From Eledone cirrhosa (Eukaryota), in the NCBI GenBank assembly GCA_964016885.1, contig OZ024742.1:178250001-178314000 (forward strand): a stretch of DNA of 64,000 bases. The letters are read 5' to 3'. Numbering within the stretch: position 1 is the stretch's first letter; every line of letters begins with the position of its first letter. The notes beneath the pieces are model-generated. The model had not been told where the DNA came from. It saw nothing but the letters and a program-made list of their open reading frames with translations, and searched no databases. A program made the position numbers and the translations under genes. This document shows positions 59,100 through 64,000 of the stretch, piece after piece.

Positions 59100-59260
59100 C
59101 GGCTGTGGATTAGCTGAATCGTAACCGCATTAAGATAAAATGCTTTGAGGCAGCTTTGCGTTTTGAGGCAGCTTTGCGCTTTGCGTTTTGAGTTCAAATC
59201 TCGCCGAGGTCAATTTTGCCTTACATCCTTCCGTTATCGGTAAAATAAAGTACTAGTTAA
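59100..59260 (+). mobile_element. Diverged tRNA-SINE with an internal tandem duplication
   Basis: gagttcaaatctcgccgaggtc..catccttccg; tttgaggcagctttgcg occurs twice. Confidence 0.75.
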
Positions 59261-59309
59261 TCAACTTCACGGCCTACACTGAACTCTCTCTAATCCACAC
59301 TATATAAAC

Positions 59310-59760
59310 TCTATCATGCCCCAGTGACAGTTTCCTGTCAAACCACACTATCACAGCATACATTGATGGAGCTGTGTATAACCCCCATTTTATAAATTCT
59401 GGTATGCCCCAGTGACAGTTTACTGGGAAATCACACTATCAGGACCTATATTGATGAAACTCTCTTTAACTCAGACTTTATAAACTTTTGTGTACCTCGG
59501 TGTTCGGTTCTGTCCCCAACGCTTCTTCCTATATATTAACGACTTACTTGCTTGGCGAGATTCTTGATGTGAAATCCTATGTTGAAACAGATGTCATCTT
59601 TCAACCATCATCTCTAGAATATGGGTGGTGGGTGTGTGTTGATTTGTCCATAGCTGTCAAAGTAAATACCCCATTCACCACCACCCCTAACAATGTCCAC
59701 CCATACACAGATGATACTACCCTTCATTCATCCCTAACTTTCCTTGCCCAAGCATCTCCT
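59310..59760 (+). pseudogene. Decayed LINE RT fragment (CR1/Jockey-like)
   Basis: INSGMPQ, SVLSPTL..YINDL, VHPYTDDTTLHSS; internal duplication. Confidence 0.65.
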
Positions 59761-59764
59761 CTTG

Positions 59765-60360
59765 TATATATGTTTTATTTATATAATCAATTTAAACATC
59801 CGTATAGAGCTAGTAAGCCTTGACAGACTAGGGAAAGTATCGAGTACACCTTACAGTTGGTAATCAAAAAGAGCTAATGAGACAAGCAATTAAAAAAAAA
59901 AAATAAAAAAGGGGAAAATCAGAAAAAAAAAAAAAAAAAATTTCAAATATTAAAGGCTAATGGGACGCAGATTATGCATAAGAAAACGAAAAAGAAAAGG
60001 AAAATATGAAGAAAGAGAAGTTGTAAAACAGCTAGAAGTGTCTGTTGTCGAATCTTTTCGTAGCTTCCATATGCTCAAAGATTTTGTTTATATTTGGTGG
60101 ACCTTTAATCATATATTGAACTTCCAATCTTGATAGTTTTTTAAGATTGGTTTCAATATGGCATCTCTCTCAGACTGATAGTTTCTACATTGGAACAAAT
60201 AGTGCCAAAGAGTTTCTGAAGAGTCACCACAAGAACATAGAGGGGAATCTCTACGACCTGTTATTGATAGAATGTAACCTAGACACCCCACACCAAATCT
60301 ACACTGGCTCTATGAATTCCATGAACATCCTCCACTGGATTCATACTTATCTTGGCTCGA
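59765..60360 (-). mobile_element. LINE 3' fragment with C-terminal CCHC finger (I/Jockey-group-like)
   Basis: DSPLCSCGDSSETLWHYLFQCRNYQSER; T-rich 3'UTR. Confidence 0.65.
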
Positions 60361-60459
60361 TCAACAGCAAAAGATACAAGCACTGCTAGGTGTGTTCATC
60401 CTTTTTTCTTCTTTCAGATTTATTATCCAATGCGTCCTTCCGTTTGCTAAAACACTGAA

Positions 60460-60970
60460 ATGTAATTTTAGTGAGGTTTGACTTGTTTTTAGCACATAAA
60501 TCGACCACGTAGAATCTCTCTTGTTGTTTAACCACCAATATGGCACTGACAAAGCAGACCCATAATTAATGGCGTTCCAGCCATGGCCATTCATCCTTAG
60601 TTTTATTTCATTTTATTTTAAGACAGTATATCTAGGACTGCATTATTCAATGTATCCTATCTTATTTAAGATGTTAAAGTTGTGATTTGAAGGAGATTTG
60701 GTTGTTAATTTTAGTACATCAAGCGACCACATAGAGTCTCTCTTTTGTTGTTGTTGTTGTTATTTAGCCTGAGGTTGGCCCTGCCCGAGGAGATATATAT
60801 ATATAATCAAAGACGTTCTTGCCATGACCATCCCAATGTTTCTTTTTTTTTCAGACAGTAATTATCCAATGTATCTTTCTTTTTTGATGAAAATGATAGA
60901 GTTATGATTTGAGGAAGTTTTGGCTGCTGTTTTTAGCAAATTGTGTGACCACATAGAAGCTTCCCTCGAT
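60460..60970 (+). repeat. Three degenerate copies of a ~65-bp motif at ~220-bp spacing
   Basis: ..ttttag..gaccac(a/g)taga..ctc at ~60465, ~60682, ~60902. Confidence 0.6.
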
Positions 60971-61982
60971 GGTTTTGATTTCCCTATTGTTATAATTAAT
61001 TGCATGTTTAGTAAATCACATTTCAACATCGTCCAAACAATTCGACAATATTTTGCCACGTAGAAAAAAAAAAAAACTTGATGTTTTCCAGGTATCAACC
61101 AATCCTTATTTATTTATTGATTAGTTTATTAAATTGTTTATTTATTTATTCATTTAATTCGAAAATTTCACACGCTACATAGCCTCGCTTGTTAATGAAA
61201 ATGCAAACGTGAAAACTAATTGGAAAACATTTTCGCAATCAGATGTATTGTTTGAGCAAAATTAATTAGATCAACTAATGTTTAGATGATATCAGGATAT
61301 CGAGTTATAATATCACGCTGCTTTCTTAACGTATAGTCTGTTTATTAATAGCTTTACTATGTTAACACCTTGGTTTATATTTAATTGTTGGAATAATAGA
61401 ATGTTGCTGTTAGTGGTGGTGCTTATGGTGGTGGTGGTGGGTGGGTTGGGGGATCGTGGTCGTCATCATCGTCGTCGTGGTAGTGATTGTGGTCGTGGTC
61501 GTGTTCGTGCTGCTGGTGGGGGGGTGCTGCTGCTGCTGCTGTTGCTGGTAGTAGTACTGGTGTTTACTGGCTTTTGCTATTTTGATTTTAATTTACTGAG
61601 GTCAATGGAGTGCTAAATGAACTTACAGAGGTCATTCAGAGAACTGAGTAACATAGCCGTATAAATGTACAAATGCATGGATGGATGGATGCATGCATGT
61701 ATGTGTATATGGGTATGCAGAAGTGTATATGTAACTGAAAAATGACCACACGTGTTATTTTCATCGCCATTTTCCCCTTTTGTGCCCCCCTTCTTTTGTC
61801 GTATGTCTTACTTTCCCCCACCCCACTCCACAAAATACTCCTCTCTTCTGTTTGGCTTTTCCATTTCGATGAAGGACTATCGTCCGAAATCTCAAGACTC
61901 TTATTGCGTTGCCTCAGCATAAAGACAGAAAAGACAGTATAAAGACAGAAACCAGTAACAGTTTAAATGAATAATAGCCAAA

Positions 61983-62072
61983 AATATACACTTTAATATA
62001 GAAATGACTTCCACAGGACTAGAAACAGTTCTAGTCCTGTAGAAACCATTTCTATATTAAATTTTGTATATA
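61983..62072. repeat. ~40-bp-arm imperfect palindrome
   Basis: tttaatatagaaatg..acaggactagaa / ttctagtcctgt..catttctatattaaa. Confidence 0.75.
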
Positions 62073-62095
62073 CTCTATTAATGTATTGAGTAAAT

Positions 62096-62160
<65 letters not shown>

Positions 62161-62523
62161 CAATGAAAAACATATGAAGGCCGGATTCTAATAACCTCTT
62201 TTGGCATAATACGTATTTCTGATGCCAACCTGTTACGTCTTCAGACCATGGCACAATACAATATCCGACTTCATCAGATGATATGAACATAATAAACAAT
62301 TCTTACCGAGATACAGCAAATATAAGAACAAAAACAAAGAATTAATGATACGGGGGCAGCCGAGCTAACGTTGTTATCACTAGAGTAGTTTCCCTCTGTA
62401 TTCTTACTGTGATATACAATGCTTTGCATTATATTCTAGTAGGCGTGGTCAAGAAGTGGAATGCCTATTTGACCAGTAACAGTAGTCCTGCTAAAATGTC
62501 CCTTTTCATGGGTTAATATATAA

Positions 62524-62706
62524 TTGTTTCTACTTTAGGCACAAGGCCAGCAATTACCCAGTGCATTACTGGTACTTTATTTTATCGACCCCGTAAGGAT
62601 GAAAGGCAAAGTCAACCTCGGCGGGATTTGAACTCAGATCGTAAAGGGACGTAACTATGCTGGAAAGCATGGCGTCCGACCCTCTACCAATACTGTCAAT
62701 CCACCA
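62524..62706 (-). mobile_element. tRNA-SINE (short subfamily)
   Basis: Near-identical to 45471-45655. Confidence 0.9.
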
Positions 62707-63161
62707 ATGCTATCAATTACAGCTTATCGCACACCCACCGCAAAACCTTAGTTTAATATCGGCAATCAAGTTCGGGTGGCGCCAATGGGGCTGTGATAGA
62801 CATTTAAGTGGTTGGCCGTAACCAGCCTTTCACAACGGCGAACACATATGAAACAATAAGGCATTAAAGTGATACATTGCTATAGAAAATTGGAAGATAA
62901 AAAATATGAAATATCATAATAATAATCATAATAGAGAATAATTATACTGCACGATTCGCATACACACATATACACATGCATGAGTGGTGATGAAAATGTC
63001 TATGACGCACCTTTGTTACACACACACACACATACACACACGCACGCACACACACACACACACCTATATATATGTGTGTGTGTGTGTGTATGTGTATGAA
63101 ATATATCTAAATGCTAGAAATAAACCCCACTGTATCACTTATCTGTGTTAATCCTTTTTTT

Positions 63162-63208
<47 letters not shown>

Positions 63209-64000
63209 TAACACGGGATCGGTTGGTCATCCCTGTATCAAAATTGGTTCTATTTTCTATTCTCTGTTTGTGGTCGCCAAAATCCTGTTTTCTTATATAA
63301 CTAATTCTGCAATCAACTTACCTTTCATCCTTTTACATTCGAAAAAAGATACCAATCCTCTATATCTCTTTTTCGTTGCCTCTCAATCACTCCCTACCCT
63401 TCTATGGAAAAAAATCGGCTGTGTTCAGTCCTGAAGAGAAAATAGACACCACCAGGTTTTAAAATTGCCAAAGAAACTCCGTATTTCAATGCGACACTAC
63501 TACAACTCTACCAGTTACGAATACATACATACAAAGTTTGCGAAAGATAACATTTGGCTGTTATTTCTAACAGAGCAATTCGGGTGACTTGCATAAAAAT
63601 CCTTTTTATTAGCTCGTTACTTCATGTTTATTCCACAGATGGCGTCTCAGAATTACATATATAACTACTAGTTACAATCAACCAGATTTCGAAAAGTAAC
63701 TAATGATTGTTTTGACTTCATAGAAAGCACAAGTAAAAACAAAATACCAAACACTAGAAAATACATCTCAAAAATCTCAAAATTCTTGCAATTGTTAACA
63801 ACTTTATTTTTTTCTGTTAAAATATTAGTTTTCAAAATAAATGTATTTTTGTTTCAAATTTTGATAATACGTTTCAAATTTTCTGCTCTTTGAATATACT
63901 TCTAACGTGTGTTTAAGTGAAATCAAAAATAAACGCGATCTGTTCTGCTCTGTAATAGAGATTATTATGTATGTCGTCATGTTGTCAAAATGGTAGTCAA

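Noticed and set aside
61862-61905. tcgatgaaggactatcgtccgaaa, a hammerhead-like stem II
   Set aside because: Core reads TCGATGA, the A15.1-U16.1 pair is missing, and stem I cannot form

Overview
AT-rich, microsatellite-dense eukaryotic DNA with no host exon I can recognise. The repeat complement (tRNA-headed SINEs, TA/CA/GATA/AAT tracts) suggests a cephalopod, probably Octopus; this is inference. The window is essentially retroelements nested in simple repeats. (1) Seven Tx1-type (L1-clade, APE-RT-CCHC) copies lie on the - strand and sort by target: three sit in (AAT)n and four are stacked head-to-tail in (GATA)n. One copy has an uninterrupted ORF2. (2) A near-complete Neptune-type Penelope-like element (PLE; RT + GIY-YIG) has direct and inverted pseudo-LTRs and an in-phase U UUU UUA -1 slippery site joining its two ORFs. 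(3) About ten type-I hammerhead ribozyme motifs from about five sequence families occur in PLE pLTRs or non-coding retrozyme-like units in (TA)n; several have very long, branched or covarying stem II. (4) A SINE family resembles the Tx1 3' end and shares the AAT target. (5) There are fragments of R4/Dong-like, RTE and other LINEs. The most unexpected signal is a conserved AAG|GTAAGTG splice-donor motif at the Tx1 ORF1 stop. It coincides with an ORF1-swap junction in one copy and with the 5' end of the intact ORF2-only copy. All alignments and folds were done by eye, and element boundaries are approximate unless stated.
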